Shown: positions 33,787 through 47,078 of the stretch, in pieces
How positions within the stretch are numbered: the stretch's first letter is position 1
How the letters are laid out: each line of letters starts with the position of its first letter
Assembly (NCBI RefSeq): GCF_009834535.1
Contig: NC_045696.1
Location: 109,556,001 to 109,620,000 of the forward strand
Source: Camelus ferus
Taxonomy: Eukaryota
Length of the DNA stretch: 64,000 nt
Direction: 5' to 3'
Made by a program: the position numbers and the translations under genes
Notes under the pieces: generated by a model
Seen by the model: the letters and a program-made list of their open reading frames with translations, nothing else
The model's database searches: none
Told to the model about the DNA's origin: nothing

Positions 33787-36569
33787 GACAGGGGTGAAGA
33801 TTTTCCAGGGAGGACACACTTAGCGATGCCCTCCTCTTGTAGACAAGGAGTTGGAGGCTCCAGGAGGGGCTGTGACCTGTCCCCAGTTAAGCAGCTGTCT
33901 GGGGCCACCCAAAGCAGGCCCGAGGGAGGCCCCTGGGAGTCGGGTACTGGTTCTGCTGCTGCTCTCCCTTCGTGTGGCCTTGAGGAAACCCACCTGCCTC
34001 CTGGGCCTCTGATTTTTCTCTCTGTTACTGGATCAGACAAATCTCTAGGTGCCTTCTTGCCATGGCTTGGTATTCTGAGGCCACTCTGATCTGTCTTTGG
34101 GGTTTGGGGCCTTAGTTTGGTTTAATCTCTGCTGCTCCTCCCGTGTTGTGTGTTTCCACTGGGGCCCAGGAGGTGGGATCTTCCTGTCGTGTGCGCACTT
34201 TGGTAAGCCTGTGGGCTCAGGGAAACCTCAGGGGTGGAGCCCTTGGCTGTGCACCAGGAGAGTTCCTGTCTGCCTGTGACCCCAGTGCTGTGTGATCTTG
34301 GGCAAGTGATCCTTCTTCTCTGACCTCACATGTCCTCAGCTCAGTGAGGGGCTTGGGCCAGGTTGGTTCCAGAGTCTTCGATAGTTCACACCATCTGTGA
34401 TGCTGCTTTTGAGAAGGCCTGCTTAAGGAGCTGGAGCTTGTGAGATGGGGACAGGTAAGCCTGGCTACATCTCCTTGTTGTGGTACCAGGGCATCCAAGT
34501 CCAGGCGCAGACCTGGATATCGACCCACTTCCTTGTTCCCATAGGCTGGTTCTCTGGCCACCACAGTGCCTGGCCAGCAGTCATCTCTGGTCCACAAAGG
34601 CTGGAGACATAGAGCTCCTCCTTGCCTGCTGGGTGGTCCTGTGCCGTTTCAGGCCCAGGGTCCCAGAGACCGAGAGTGTGTTTTCCACCCCAGAAACAGT
34701 GGTCCTCATCTCTAAACTTCACCTGGAAGTTGAATCCTGAGCAGGTGCCCTAAGGCAGGAGGGGTCTTCTTCCTCTTGGCTGAATGGGGAGGTCTCCACG
34801 TCCACTCTCCCCTCACCAACTAGCTCTGGACCTGCAGGGGCTGGGATTGTGCCCTGTCCTCCTTGGCAGAGCAGCAAAAGGAGAATAGAGACAGCAGGCT
34901 GTGTGAGGATGTGTGCAGGGACAGGAAGAGGCAAATGCAGGGAGCAGCTCGCTGTGCTCATGGAGGCTGTAAAGTCAGCACCCACGGTCGGCCAGCCCAG
35001 GCTTCCTCCAAAGGATGCCCTGCATCCAGCAGCCCAGGACCTAGAGGCCACCTTCCACCTGCCCGGACAAGCTTGGCCTCATGGCCAGGTCACAGCTGGG
35101 CCCCTTTGGATGGGAGCTGTGGGTCCATTGTCACAAGGCCCTCTGACTGGACCTCAGCTGACCATCTGGGAAACACAAGCCGTGCCTCTCAGCACTGTTT
35201 ACCCATTGTCCCTGCCCCACTCCTCCCTGTGAGTGAAGTTTTAACATCAACACCGCCAGCAATTTGCCTTGGGAGAAAAAGCATTAATGTGAGCATGTAT
35301 ATTACTTTGCCAACCTCCATGCTGTGGATGGGCCAAGAGTTCCTCTCAGTTAAATAAACTACCAAATTGCATTAATACCAGCCTTGTCAAAAGGTCAGCT
35401 GGCAGTGGGGAATTCAGCATGTGCTTCCTCCTTCTCTCAAACATACACATCCTCACTAGGAGTTAATTCCTCCCAGCACTCATGCAGCTACTCAGACACG
35501 TGACATGACTGGCCAGTGTGGGGTCTGGCTGGAGTTGAGCTGAGCCTCAAGCCATTTGGAATGAAGTGCATTCTGCCCACCTGGGTCCGGCCGTCCAGGG
35601 AAGCCAGCCTGGAGGGTAACTGTGTGTGCACTGCGGGTGGGGGCTTCTGTCCCACCTCGGGGCGGAGGATGGCTAGCACTCAGAACTAGCAGGCGCTGGT
35701 GCTGCTGTTGGAGCCTGGAGAGGTCCTGTGCCTTTTCGAAGCTGCCAAGAGTGTTTGAGATGGTGGATGGGCTGACTGTGGTTGGGAGCTCTGCAGCCCA
35801 CATGAGCTGTGTGGTCAAATCTCAGGTGGTTTTCAAGAAATCCTGAAGATGTCATTCTTGACCAGGATCTCAGTTTCACAGCTAAGACACCAGAGAGTCC
35901 CCCGGACCCCAACCAGAGCTTCTGGTGCCTGCTGAGTTGAGCACACGTGTGCGCATGCGCGCGTGTGTGTTTGTGTGTGTGTGGATGTTCCATGGTTAGG
36001 AGGGGTCACAGCAGTTCCCCAGTGCCCTGCTAGGTCCTAGTTCTTTGTGAAGACTGTTGATGCCACGTGCAGGTACATTCTGGTTCCTTAAGAAAATTTC
36101 ATGTTGTCTAGAGTGCTTAATTAATCAGAACAAGCCATTTCCTGAATGTGCTTGGAATCCCTGAGACATGGATGTAATACACATGTGTTCGTGTGTGTGC
36201 ATAATTTAAAAAATCACATTTCTTTGTTTCTTTTTTCCATTAACTTTTTATTTTGATGTAATTTTAGGCTTATAGAAAGTTGCAAGAATAGTATAAAGAC
36301 TTCATTTATGCCTTTCACCCAGAATGTTAACTTTTTCCTGCTCTCGAGGGACTCATAGCACTTCTGTAACGTAGGCACTTCTGCCCCTTGTACAAATGAG
36401 GACTCCTCAGAGAGGATAGTAACTAACCCAGGATCACACAGCAGATAAGTGGCAGAACCAGGATTAAAATGCAGGTCTGTCAGACTGTACAGGGTGTGTA
36501 CTGACCCTGTGTGATATAAGTGTGAGTGTGTGGATGTCCTGTTCCTTCTGCCCAAAGAACCTCCTTTCT

Positions 36570-38560
36570 GGTGCTGTAGGTCTGCGAGCAATAAATTGTC
36601 TTGGCATCTGACTTCTTTATTTCACCTTCATTTTTGAAAGACTTCTGCTGGGTATAGAAATCTGTGTTGACACTATTTTTCCTCCAGGACTTCAGAGATG
36701 TCACTTCATTTTCTTCAGGTTTGCATGGCTTCTGCATTTCTTTGGGTTTCTATGGTTTCTAACAAGGTAACAAAGATTTTCTATATTTCCTTAGGTCCAA
36801 TATATTTTTGTTGTTTTGATTTAAGCAGTCAGTTATCTTTTAAAGAGATTTAAATGATACGAAAGAAATCTTACATATTTACCCATGGAGGGACCGTTTC
36901 CTGTGTTCCCCATCCCGTTACGTAAGTCCACAGTTCCATCTGGTATCATTTGACTTTTTCCTGGAGGACTACCTGTTACATTTATTGTTGTGAGGGTCTG
37001 CTAGTAATGAATTCTGTCAGCTTTTGAGTATTTGGGAAAGGTTTTATTTCATCTTTGTTTTTGAAAGACGTTAGATATTATTTATCTAGAAAGTTACAGA
37101 ATTCTAGGTCAATGGGTTTTTCTTTCCGCGCTTTGCCAATAGTGCCCCATTGTCTTCTTGCTTGCCTTGTTTTGAGGAAGAAATTGCAGTCTTCTTTATA
37201 TTTATTTGTTATCTTTGTTTCTCTCAATAAAATGTGTCTTTTTTTCCCCCTGGCTACTTTTAGTTTTACTTTTTTCCCCCTTCCTTCCTGATTCTATGCC
37301 ATTTGATTATGATGTGCCTTGGTGTGCTTTCTTTTATGTTTCCTTTGCTTGCAGTAGGTTGAACTTTTTGGATCTGTGGATTTATATTTTCTCTCAAATG
37401 TGGAATATTTTCAGTCATTATTTCTCCAAAATTTTTTTCTGTTACCCCCTGCCCCCACCAGTCCTTCAGTGACTCCAGTTGCATGCGTGTTAGTCCACCT
37501 GATGGCATCCAACAGCTCACTGGTGTTCCAATCATCTGTGTCTATTCTTTTTATTCTGTGTTTTATTTTAGGTTTTACTATGTCTTCAAGTTCACTGACC
37601 TTTTCTTCTGCAGTTAATCTGTTGCTAACCACATCTAGTGTATTTTTCATCTCCCATGTTGCAGTTTTTTTTCCCTTCTAGGAGGTCAATTTGTGTCTTT
37701 CTTAATATCTTCCACATTTCTGTTCAACTGTTTGAACATATGAAATGCAGTCATAATAGCTGTTTTCTAATGTCTGTTTGCTAATTCTAACATCTGTGTC
37801 AGTTTGGGGTTGATTTTGATTGATTTTTCCCCCTCCTCATTAAGGACCCACTTTATTGCTTCTTTAGCCTGGTGATTTATTATTGGATGCTAGGCATCGT
37901 GAACTTTGCTGTGTTGTGTGTTGGATAGGTTTTGTATTCCTATAAATATCTTTAGGGCTTGTTAGCTGGGCTGGAGTGGGGCTCAGTCCTGGGCTAATTA
38001 TTTCCCCCTCCTGAGGCACAGCCCTTCTGAATTAACTCCCATGTCCTGTGAATGAGGATGCTTTTCCCTCGAGTTGGTAGGAACAGGCCCTCTCCCCAGG
38101 CCTGTGTGGATGCCAGGCATGGTTTTCCTTTAATCCATTTGGGTGGTTCTTTCCCAAGACTTGAGTCATTTCTTTACACACATTTGCTGATCAATCCTCA
38201 GCTGAAGACTTCGGCCGCTTTGCAGACCTCTGGTGTTCTCTGTGCCTCCTCTCGGTACTCTGTCTTGTGACCTTCTGCTGCCTTGTTTTCTCTGGACTTT
38301 CAGCTCTATCTCCTCAACTTAAGGAGTCTTCCAGATTTCACCTGCTCCCCACTCCGTGTGCTGCGTCCTGAAATTTTCTCAAAGCAACAATTTGGGGGAA
38401 GTCGTGAGGGCACTCACTCATCTGTTTCATGTCTCTCAGGGTGTCTTTCACTGCCTGATGTACTATCTTGAAAATCATTTTCTCATATATTTTGTCTGTC
38501 TTTTGGTTGTTCCCAGTGAGAAGATAAATCTGGTCCCTGTTACTCCATGTTGACCAGAAG
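36570..38560 (-). mobile_element. Old L1M, 5'UTR and ORF1 region
   Basis: Minus-strand peptides MKNTLDVVSNRLTAEEKVSELED and EIMTENIPHLRENINPQIQKVQ...STPRHIIIK are L1 ORF1p-like. Confidence 0.75.
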
Positions 38561-39009
38561 CTAATGTCTTGTGCCTTTGCTTTTTCATTTAATCATTTGT
38601 TTGCAGGGGACACTGGTCTGAGCCCCTAACTGCAGACATTGGCTTGGGTAGGGGTTGTTGTCATTCCAGTTGGCATCCTTAAGTTTCATCCATGATATTC
38701 ATCCAATTAGTTATATAAACATAAATTTGCCCTTTAATGGGCTGCAGGATTTCTGCATGCTAGACCTTTTGCAAGAACTTTCTGCTACCCAACTCTTATA
38801 AAGCTTGTTTTCAGCAACTAGTTTGGGGTTTTTTTTCATGAAAACTGTGATTTTTTTTTTTTTTTTTGCTTTGACTGCCAGGGAGCTCAGGCAATTAGTC
38901 TGACCTCAGTGACTGGGTAAGATGTTATAAGATATATATCCGGACAAACTTTTTGCTCCAGTCTTATCTTTTTAGCTTATTTATCCTGTGCCTTGTACCT
39001 CCCTCAGAA

Positions 39010-39435
39010 TTCTTAGTTGCAAATAAGAGAAATCTGCTCTTGCTATCCAGCTGATTTGAGCAGGCAGTGAATATATGAGAGGGATGACTGGGCAGTTCAG
39101 AGTCTCCGGGAGGGCCAGAGAACCAGGCTTGGAGCAGCAGCGTGAGTCACATCAGGACTGGTCCAGGGGGAGATACAGTCCCTGTGCTGGGTACTGGCAA
39201 GGCTGATGCTGAAACCCACATCATGGCCGCCCCTTTGTGTGGAATCCAGGGGCATCCCACACGTCACTAGATTCATGTTCGTCATTTCTGGTGAGTGTCA
39301 TGTGAGCATCTGATGGCAGAAGCTTAGGCCGTGTGCCTACAGCAGAGCTGCAAGAGAAGCTCCTGCACTGGGGAGGATGGCTTTGGACCTCCGCAGACAC
39401 AGTAGGGGCATTCAGAGGGACTGGGTAGCTGTTCA
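39010..39435 (-). mobile_element. Old MaLR LTR (MLT1K/L-like)
   Basis: TTCTTAGTTGCAAATAAGAGAAA...GAGCATCTGATGGCAGAAGCTTAGGCCGTGTGCCT. Confidence 0.5.
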
Positions 39436-42247
39436 CTATTGTTATTGGTGGCTGCTATACCCTGATATTATTTTAAACAGTTTTATCTTCAGAAATCACC
39501 ATGATTCTTTTGGGGGGAAAATAAAAAGGAAAGGGTTAACCTGGGCTATCAAATGAGTGTGAGCACCCTGTGCACAGCAGTCACGCGGGCAGCGCAGCCT
39601 CTCCCTCCGGGCGGGGCACCCTTTCTGGCCGCTGTGCCCCTCAGCCCCTTCTTGATCTCTCAGGCTCCCAGGCCGGGTGAGGGTGGAAGTGGGGATGGCT
39701 AGGATGAAATATCTGAAGGTTAGTGAGGTCCAAGGTCAGAGGACTCCGCCCACAGCCAGCAATGAGCCCTCCTTGGGTGCTTGCATCCAGCCACATTCCA
39801 GGCTTGGGAAGTGTTGCCACTCACCTGAAAGCGGAAGCAGGCCTTGAAGACCATCTAGCCTGACCTCCCTGGTCCTCTTAGCCTGGTGAGCGGCGGAGCT
39901 GAGGTGCATGTTGGTGGGGAGCGGGGAGTGGAGGGCACCTGGCGGCCCCTGACGCAGGGCAGGCCTCCCTGGCATCGCTGGGCTTAAACAGAGGAGATGG
40001 GGCAGGCGGAGGACAATGGGCAAGCGAGAAGGTCAGGAATGGGCCAGCTCGCAACTGGAGGGGGAGAAAAGGCCGGGGCCAGACCAGCCCCCACCACTGG
40101 CCCGCAACCCCTCCTCCTCCCTCTCTGTTCTGTCTTCCCCGGGTCCCCCGGTGAGGCCCAGGTGGCTGAGCATCCTCTGGCAGAGGGATTTAACACACTT
40201 AATTAAAGTGTCCAATGAACAGCTTTGCATATTTCTTAATTACCGTCTGAATCTTTTGGGGGACGGTTTGAAATGGGATTTTCACGTGTTTCCTCATTTA
40301 GCCTATGGTGAGCCAGCCAGCCCCTCAGGGCTCAGGTAGGAGCTGGCAGAGCTCCCAGGCCAGAGCTGCTTTTCTGAGCATGGGCGGCAGGGTGGGATGC
40401 GCAATGGGAGCCAAGCCCCTGGCGCCCCATGCTTGTCCACCCTTCAGGAAGGATGGGCTGGGTTTTTTGGTTTGTAAAAACAACAAAAGGAAACAAGGAT
40501 CAGACAGATGCAGCTCTTCCCCTGTCCAGCTGTTCCTCTTGTCACCACAGGGCCTAAGGGCTGTGCACCCCATGGTCAGGCCAGTAATGGGGGGCTTTGT
40601 GGGCAGGGGGTGCAGGGGAAGGGTGGGGTCCTCTCCCCAGGCCCTTGCAGAGCAGGGACACTGGACCAGGACAGCCTGGCCACCTTCCCAGCATCAGGAG
40701 GAGGCCTGGGCCCCTCGGTGGGCAGGCCCCTCCCAGCACTCCACAGCAGTTCCCATCTGTGTTCCTGTAACTGAGCTGGTGGGATGTTTGAGCCAGCTGG
40801 GCCCATCCTGGGACTGGGGTGCTGGCCTGAGCCTTGGGGAAGTAGATTTGTCTTTTCGGTCCCGAGGGCCACCTGGTGACAGCTGCAGACCTTCTCCGAC
40901 CTGGGCTGGCTGGTGGGGGCCGTGTGGGTCAAGGATGCAGAGACTCTTTCCCTGGCATGTTGACCACTCTCCTGAAAACACAGGCGTCAAGAGGTGGGCA
41001 GCCCGCTGGAGCAGCCTAGAGGTGGCAGTGAGTTCTGCCCCATCTTTCCTGCCTTCCATTCAGGGCCCAGCTCTGTGACCTTGAGGAGGACCAGACAAGG
41101 ACCCACCGACCACCCAGCGGCGCCCCAGAGCTGGTGTGGATGGGACATGTGTGTGTATGGCTGAGAGCAGACGGTGGGGCAGATTCGGGCTTGGCTCTGT
41201 GATGGGGAGGTCCCGTGGGTGGAACACACACCACCAAGTCTCAGAAGACCCTCTACCAAGTCTCCAGCTAATTTCTTCTGCTCTGCCTCACATTTTTCCC
41301 CATTTCTGGCCCTCACGGCAATCTCTCCACCTCCACCCACACCTGCCGTGAAGATGACAGGTTGGAGACAGGTCTTTCATGGAGGGAGACAGTGTCGGAG
41401 TGGGAGTCTGGGGCTCATAGTCCACTCAGCTATCACTGTGTGGCCCGGGCACCAGCCTAGGAGCCTTCGTGGGCACTGACCCCAAAGCCCTGGAAGGGTT
41501 TGGCTTCACATGGCAGCTGTGGAGAGATGTGGGTAAGGGACAGCTGTATGCAGAGGACATTGTGGCCCCATATCAAAAATCTATTACCTAGAACCTGCCA
41601 CTGTGATGCAGACTAGGGCCCATGGGAGGCTGGTGGAGTGAGTGGCCTAGTGGATGAGGTCCAGGTGGGTGAAGGGCTAGCATCAGTCCACCCTGCTCTG
41701 CTGGAATTTCCAGGGTGTGTGGGACTGAGCTTATCTGGACAGCCCATGGGTTTGCGAGACTCCTCAGCCCCCAGCTTACATGTGGGTAAGAAAATGACTG
41801 TTTCGTGGTGATGTCAGTAATGAAAAGTAAGCTAAGATCCTCAGCTCATGAGGTTGAATGATTATTATTAATCATTACATAATTCCCCCCCCCTGAATGT
41901 AGTGCTGATATTTGTGCTGTGATCTGACAGTTTTAAAGAGTTTTTATGGGTGACCTGAATCCAGGGTGATGACTTGGTGTTTCTCCTCTGTGTCCAGTTT
42001 ACTCAGACTAAGGAATGGCTTCATCTGCCAGGCTTGAAGCCAGGTGACAAAGAGGCTGGGCTCTCCTCTAAATCTCACCAGTTACTGGATTCCGTCACCC
42101 TCCTCTGCTCCCCACTTCTCCCCCGCCCCACTGCCTCTGCTTTAACTGAGAGCCAACCTCTTTTGCTGGACTCCTGCCCCAGATGTGTCCCCCTGCCCCT
42201 TAGAAGTGCAAGTTTTCTTCTTAAAACACATGTGTAAATTTAAAAAA

Positions 42248-42715
42248 ATGCTGTGTAACAACAATCTCCCCTACCAAAAAAAAAAAAAACAACTTAGTGG
42301 GTCAAGACAACAAGAATGTGTACTGATGCTCAGGAATCTGTAGTTTGGGTGGGTCCTGGTGGGGAAAGGGTGTCTCTGTTCCACTTTGAGGGCTCCAAGG
42401 CTGGGGCTCGAGTCATCTGAAGGCTGGCCCGCCCACAGGTCTGCTGGCTGCTGGCGGGGGGCGTCCCTTTCTTGCTGCATGGGTGTCTCCGGGTGGTCCT
42501 CCCACGTATAGGCGGCACTGGGCTTCCTCACAGCATGGCGGCTGGGATGAAGGGCTAGCTCCCGGGGTGTGAGGGACCCAGACAGAAGCGGAGCTGCCTT
42601 TTCTAACCCGGCCTTCAGAGTCACACACAGTGCCATTTCTGCCACAGTCACAGGCACCCCGAGAGAGAATCCACGCCCCTTGATGTGGCCACATGGCCCG
42701 GCCATCTCACCCCTG
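42248..42715 (-). mobile_element. MaLR LTR (MLT1-type)
   Basis: TGCTGTGTAACAAC...AACTTAGTGG...CAGGAATCTG...GGCTGGGGCTCGAGTCATCTGAAGGCT...GGGCTTCCTCACAGCATGGCGGCT. Confidence 0.7.
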
Positions 42716-42721
42716 CCCCCC

Positions 42722-43140
42722 TGAAGGCGTATAAAGTGAACTAACAAACTGACTCCCTGATGCAAAACTGTTTGCTGATTCATTCTCTACTGAGAGTAAC
42801 TTTAATCGAGAGGCTACGCTCCAGGATGGTGATAATGGACTCATAATTCAGAAGAATGGACAGACCCGCCGGAGTGCCTCCTGAAGATTCGTTGAGGTTA
42901 AGAGGAATACGGCACCCTGTAAAACACCCTGATTGTTATCACCTTTTCTGTTCTGTCGAGTTTTTCTATAAAACCTCAAGACCCCAACCCCAAGAGGGGA
43001 TCACGATCTTTAAGGCGTTACCCTGCTGTGACTCCCTTTGCCGGGCAAAATTATAAAGCTGCTCTTTCCTTTGCTCCCCATACTCTGCCTCTGAGTTTGA
43101 ATTTGCTTCTTGGGGTGCAGAGGCTGATTTTTCGGCAACA
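42722..43140 (+). mobile_element. Solo ERV (class I-like) LTR, 419 bp
   Basis: Starts TGAAGG and ends GGCAACA (TG...CA), flanked by C-runs on both sides consistent with a 4-5 bp TSD. TATA-like CTATAAAA at ~42967. Confidence 0.75.
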
Positions 43141-46100
43141 CCCCCAGGCTTGCCTCTGTCTGTTCCTTCCCTCCCTCCACAACTGGCCCCAGAGATGGAA
43201 TTTGGTTTAAATCAATCTGCTGGCCTCAGGGCACTTGTTTTAACAATGTTTGTCACTTACTCTTCTCCTCACACACCCCGTCTGGCCCCATTTTCCCTGA
43301 GACAAAGGTCAGATGTGGCTATAGAAGCTTCCAAGTGTGTCCCCCCCTACTCTTGACCACGCTGCTGCCCCCACAGCCCCGTAACCTGGCTTGTCGCCTC
43401 CCCTCTCTCCCCACAAGCTTTTCCTTTCCCTGCCTCTGCGTTTGCTCACCGTTTCCCCCTACCTGAAATGCCTGTTCTCCTTTGCCCCCTCGCCCCCCTT
43501 CCCACCATTGCGCAGCTGCCCTGCCTCCTCCTTGCAGCCCTCCTGACTGCCCAGCCACCCGGGCCCCTGCCCTTTGTGATCTGCTTTGCTGCTGGTCAGA
43601 CCTTTCCATAAACAGGCGCGACGTGGTGCACAAGGTGAGGACTTTGGCGTCGTATCTGGGTTTATACGGCAGCTCCACTGCTTCCCAGCTCCGTGACCTT
43701 GGGGGTAAGAACGAACTCCAGATCATGACAAGGATTACATGAGGAAACCCAGGAATTTCTTGTCTGGCACTGAATAGAAGCCCAGGGAGAGTTAGCGTTT
43801 CCATTCCCTCTTTCTAGAGGCTCCTAGTCAGTGCTCAAGTAATGAATTTTCAAAAGAGGAAAAATGCATCTCCTTGCTTAATCGTGTGGGACTAAACTAC
43901 CAGAAGATTACAGGAATATTGCTGAGACACGAGCAGAGAGGAAAAAAGCTCAATAATGATTTACCTACTTATTTTTTATAAAATCCTGCCAGTAGAGCTG
44001 AATCTTTGCCCTCGGAAAGAGCTTCGCTGTGCTGCAGTCTTGTCTGAGAGCTGTTGGAGGGGAAGTGGGACGGGGTGACCTTGAGAACAGAGCTGTGTGG
44101 GGAGGGCGACTGCAGGCCGGATAGGGGGTGGGGGCGGAGGGGGGAGAGGAGAGGGTGGAGGGCGCCCCCCATGTCTCTGGCCCCTCCCACTGCCCAGCCC
44201 TGTCGGAGCTGCTTGAATGCGCTGCCCCTCTTGGGTACCCCTTGGCCTTGGCCCAGCGGTAGTGCCCAGCCAGGTGATGGCTCCAGCTGTCCTGCTGCTC
44301 TTTATGGTGACACTGAGAGTGACCAAGTAGGTGGGCTGTGCAAGGTCTCCGTTTCCAGGTTCCAGCGCCTTCCACCCAGGGCAGTTGCTGAGGGTGGGGT
44401 ATGCGGTGAGGAAGGGGCCTCTGCCCTTCAGGGGGAGAGGAGCATGGCACAGGTGGCCCCCTTACCCCCCCCCAGCTCCCTTTTGTGATGCCAGGGCAGC
44501 AGTGGGCAAGGGGCTCCTTTGTAAAGCTCTGCCCCAGGGCCCTAGAGACAAAGTGCAGAGGACACCTTCCCAAAGTTCCCCTCGGACAGGGTGGCCCAGG
44601 CGCTGCTCTGAGCGCTGGTGGGTCCCCTGCAGGCTGGTGAGCCCTGCACTGGAGCCCTGGGGCCGAGGGTCAGGGTGGCGGCCCTGCGGTCAGTCTTGCT
44701 CAGGTTGTGGCGGGGACGGGACACACCAGCCACAGTGTCAATGCACATTTACCTGCAGTGACAGACAAGGGCCACGGGGAAGGACGGGCAATGGGAGGGC
44801 TCTAAGCAGGGAGGCCAAGCTGACAGGTTCAGGCAGAGTCTGAGCCATGTTATCCTGACAGCTGTGGAAAAAGTATGGGTGGTCTTGGGGAAACACTCAG
44901 GCAGGGAAGGGGAGGGCTTCTGCTCTGAGGAAAGAGAAAAACTGGCCTAGAAGGATGGGGAGAAGTCACTCCCTTTTGCAGCAGATCAATGAGTCCAGGC
45001 CTCAGTTGGTGTGCTCTGCGCCACGCATTCAAACTGCCCCCCCACCCCGCTTTCTGGACCCTCCTTGTACCCCACAGGGGCCTTAATCCCCAGTTTCTGA
45101 CCTTCCAGATTGGGTCGAGCACCGACTGAGTAGGGCAAGGCCCCCACCTCCAGCCCATCTCAAGAAGAAGGTGCCTTGGCTTGGCAAGGCTATCCCCGGT
45201 GAGGGCTATGACGTCCACGGTGGTGACAATAACGAACCAGAAAAATCCTGAAATCCAGCAGGACCCAAGGATTCTGAGGAGCATCTGGAATAGGAGCTCA
45301 GTTCCTGGTCCAGCCGCCTCATCCTAGCCACTCTCGGCTCTGGCCCTGGGCAGGATGCTGTCAGCTTGTTTCCCCTTAGATCAAATGGGGACGACATGAG
45401 TTCCCGCTTGGACTTGAGGACTAACCAGGGAGGTCTTAAGGGCTTAGCGCAGCACTGCTGCAGGCACAGAAGTCCTGCAAGCTTCTGGCAGGCAGGTGTC
45501 CCGTCTCCTCTGTTTACTGCTGTTGTGTAAATCTTTGCCTGGCTCAGCCCTTGGGGTGTGCCTCAAACGTGCTCTGTAAATACAGGATTCAGGTGTGGCC
45601 TGTTTTGGTGATTGTGGGAAAGCTCAGGAAATGCTGGCACCGACCAGGACCCACACCTAACGTTCCTCCTGCACAGTCCCAAGACACGGCTGGTTTCCTT
45701 GGGATTTTCTCCTTCCATCCAGCGGTCACCTGCCAGCCAGTACGATGCCACTGGCCATGGCTGTGGCCTTGAGAAGAGGGAACTTGGCATGAGAAGCCAG
45801 GTGGAGATTCCTAAACTCTCAGCTACTCCATGAAACTCCGGTTCCTTTAGCGGCGTTTTGGGATTTGGCTGTCTCTCCTCCCCACCTGCTCAGCTCAGGG
45901 AAGAGCCTGGTGGAGAATAGGATGGTGCTTTTCCACCTTCTCTCCACCCTGCTCCCCGATGCCCGCCCCCTTCTCTCCGAGGTGTAGAATGCTGTGTGTC
46001 ACCACCGAGGGAAGCTACCAGTGCCTCTCTTCCTGAGGAGGCAGTAACTTCCCATTTTCTCTTGGAAAAGGAGGATGCTGTGTGCTCCCTGATTTCATCC

Positions 46101-46371
46101 CCCTCCTGCTAGCTCGGGGTTACTCCGCTTTTCACTCTTTTGTCCCCTAAGCAGTTCCCAGCTAGGCCTTTCTGTGGCTGATAGTCTCAGAGGAGATCCT
46201 CCCGGTATGGGAAGCCCCCGCTTCACACCTTCGTGTGAATTTAAAGCAATTGGAAAGCACTTTACATACTTAAAATTTCTGTTGGAAACTCAAAGAGCAG
46301 TTTCCAGGTAACTTACAGGAGATCCCGGGTGCATTACTGCTCAGCCCAGAGATGTTCAGAAGAGAAATGAG

Positions 46372-47078
46372 GCTGTTCTGACACCGCAGTTGTACTGCAA
46401 TTCAGTCCCAGCTCTGCCCACCCCAAGTTGATGTCAGACTGCCCAGGTTTAAGGACCTAGTCCCCAAAGAGACTGCTGTCCACTTCAGGCACCAGCTGTG
46501 AGTGGGATCCCCAGGGACACCTGCACTTCTGACCAACTGGCTACAAATCTGGGGGTCCCCACGACCCTCCTCAGCTTCCATAGTTCACCACATCAACTCA
46601 CAGAACTCAGGGAAGCATTCCACTTAATGACAGTTTTTCTATGAAAGATACAAATCAGGAACAGCCCAAAGAAGAGACACAAAGGTCAGAGTCTGGGAGG
46701 ACCTGGTACTGAGCTGCGTACCTTCTCCCTGTGAAGTCAGGGTACCTCGCCCTCCTGGCACGTGGGTGTGTCCACCAACCAGAAAGCTCCACTAAGCTTC
46801 GGTGTTATTGGGGTTTCATGGCTTAGGCACTGTTGATTGAAGTCAGCCATGTGACTGAACTCAATCTCCACCCTGCCTTCCCTCGTGGGCTCAAAGCCCC
46901 AAGCTCTGATCACAAGGTTGGTCCCGCTGGCATAACCCCACCCTGAAGCTACTAGGGGCCCACCAGGAGTCACCTCATGAGCACAAGCTCTGGTGTGATC
47001 CAGGGACTCAGAAATAGCAAAGACAGTACTTTTACTCCCACCCAAGAACCAAAGAGGAGTCAGATTCTTTGCCATACC
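46372..47078. mobile_element. MER21-like LTR
   Basis: TTCTGACACC...CACCTGCACTTCTGACCAACTGGCTACAAATCTGGGGGTCCCCACGACC...ACTCACAGAACTCAGGGAAGCA, characteristic of MER21. Confidence 0.7.
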
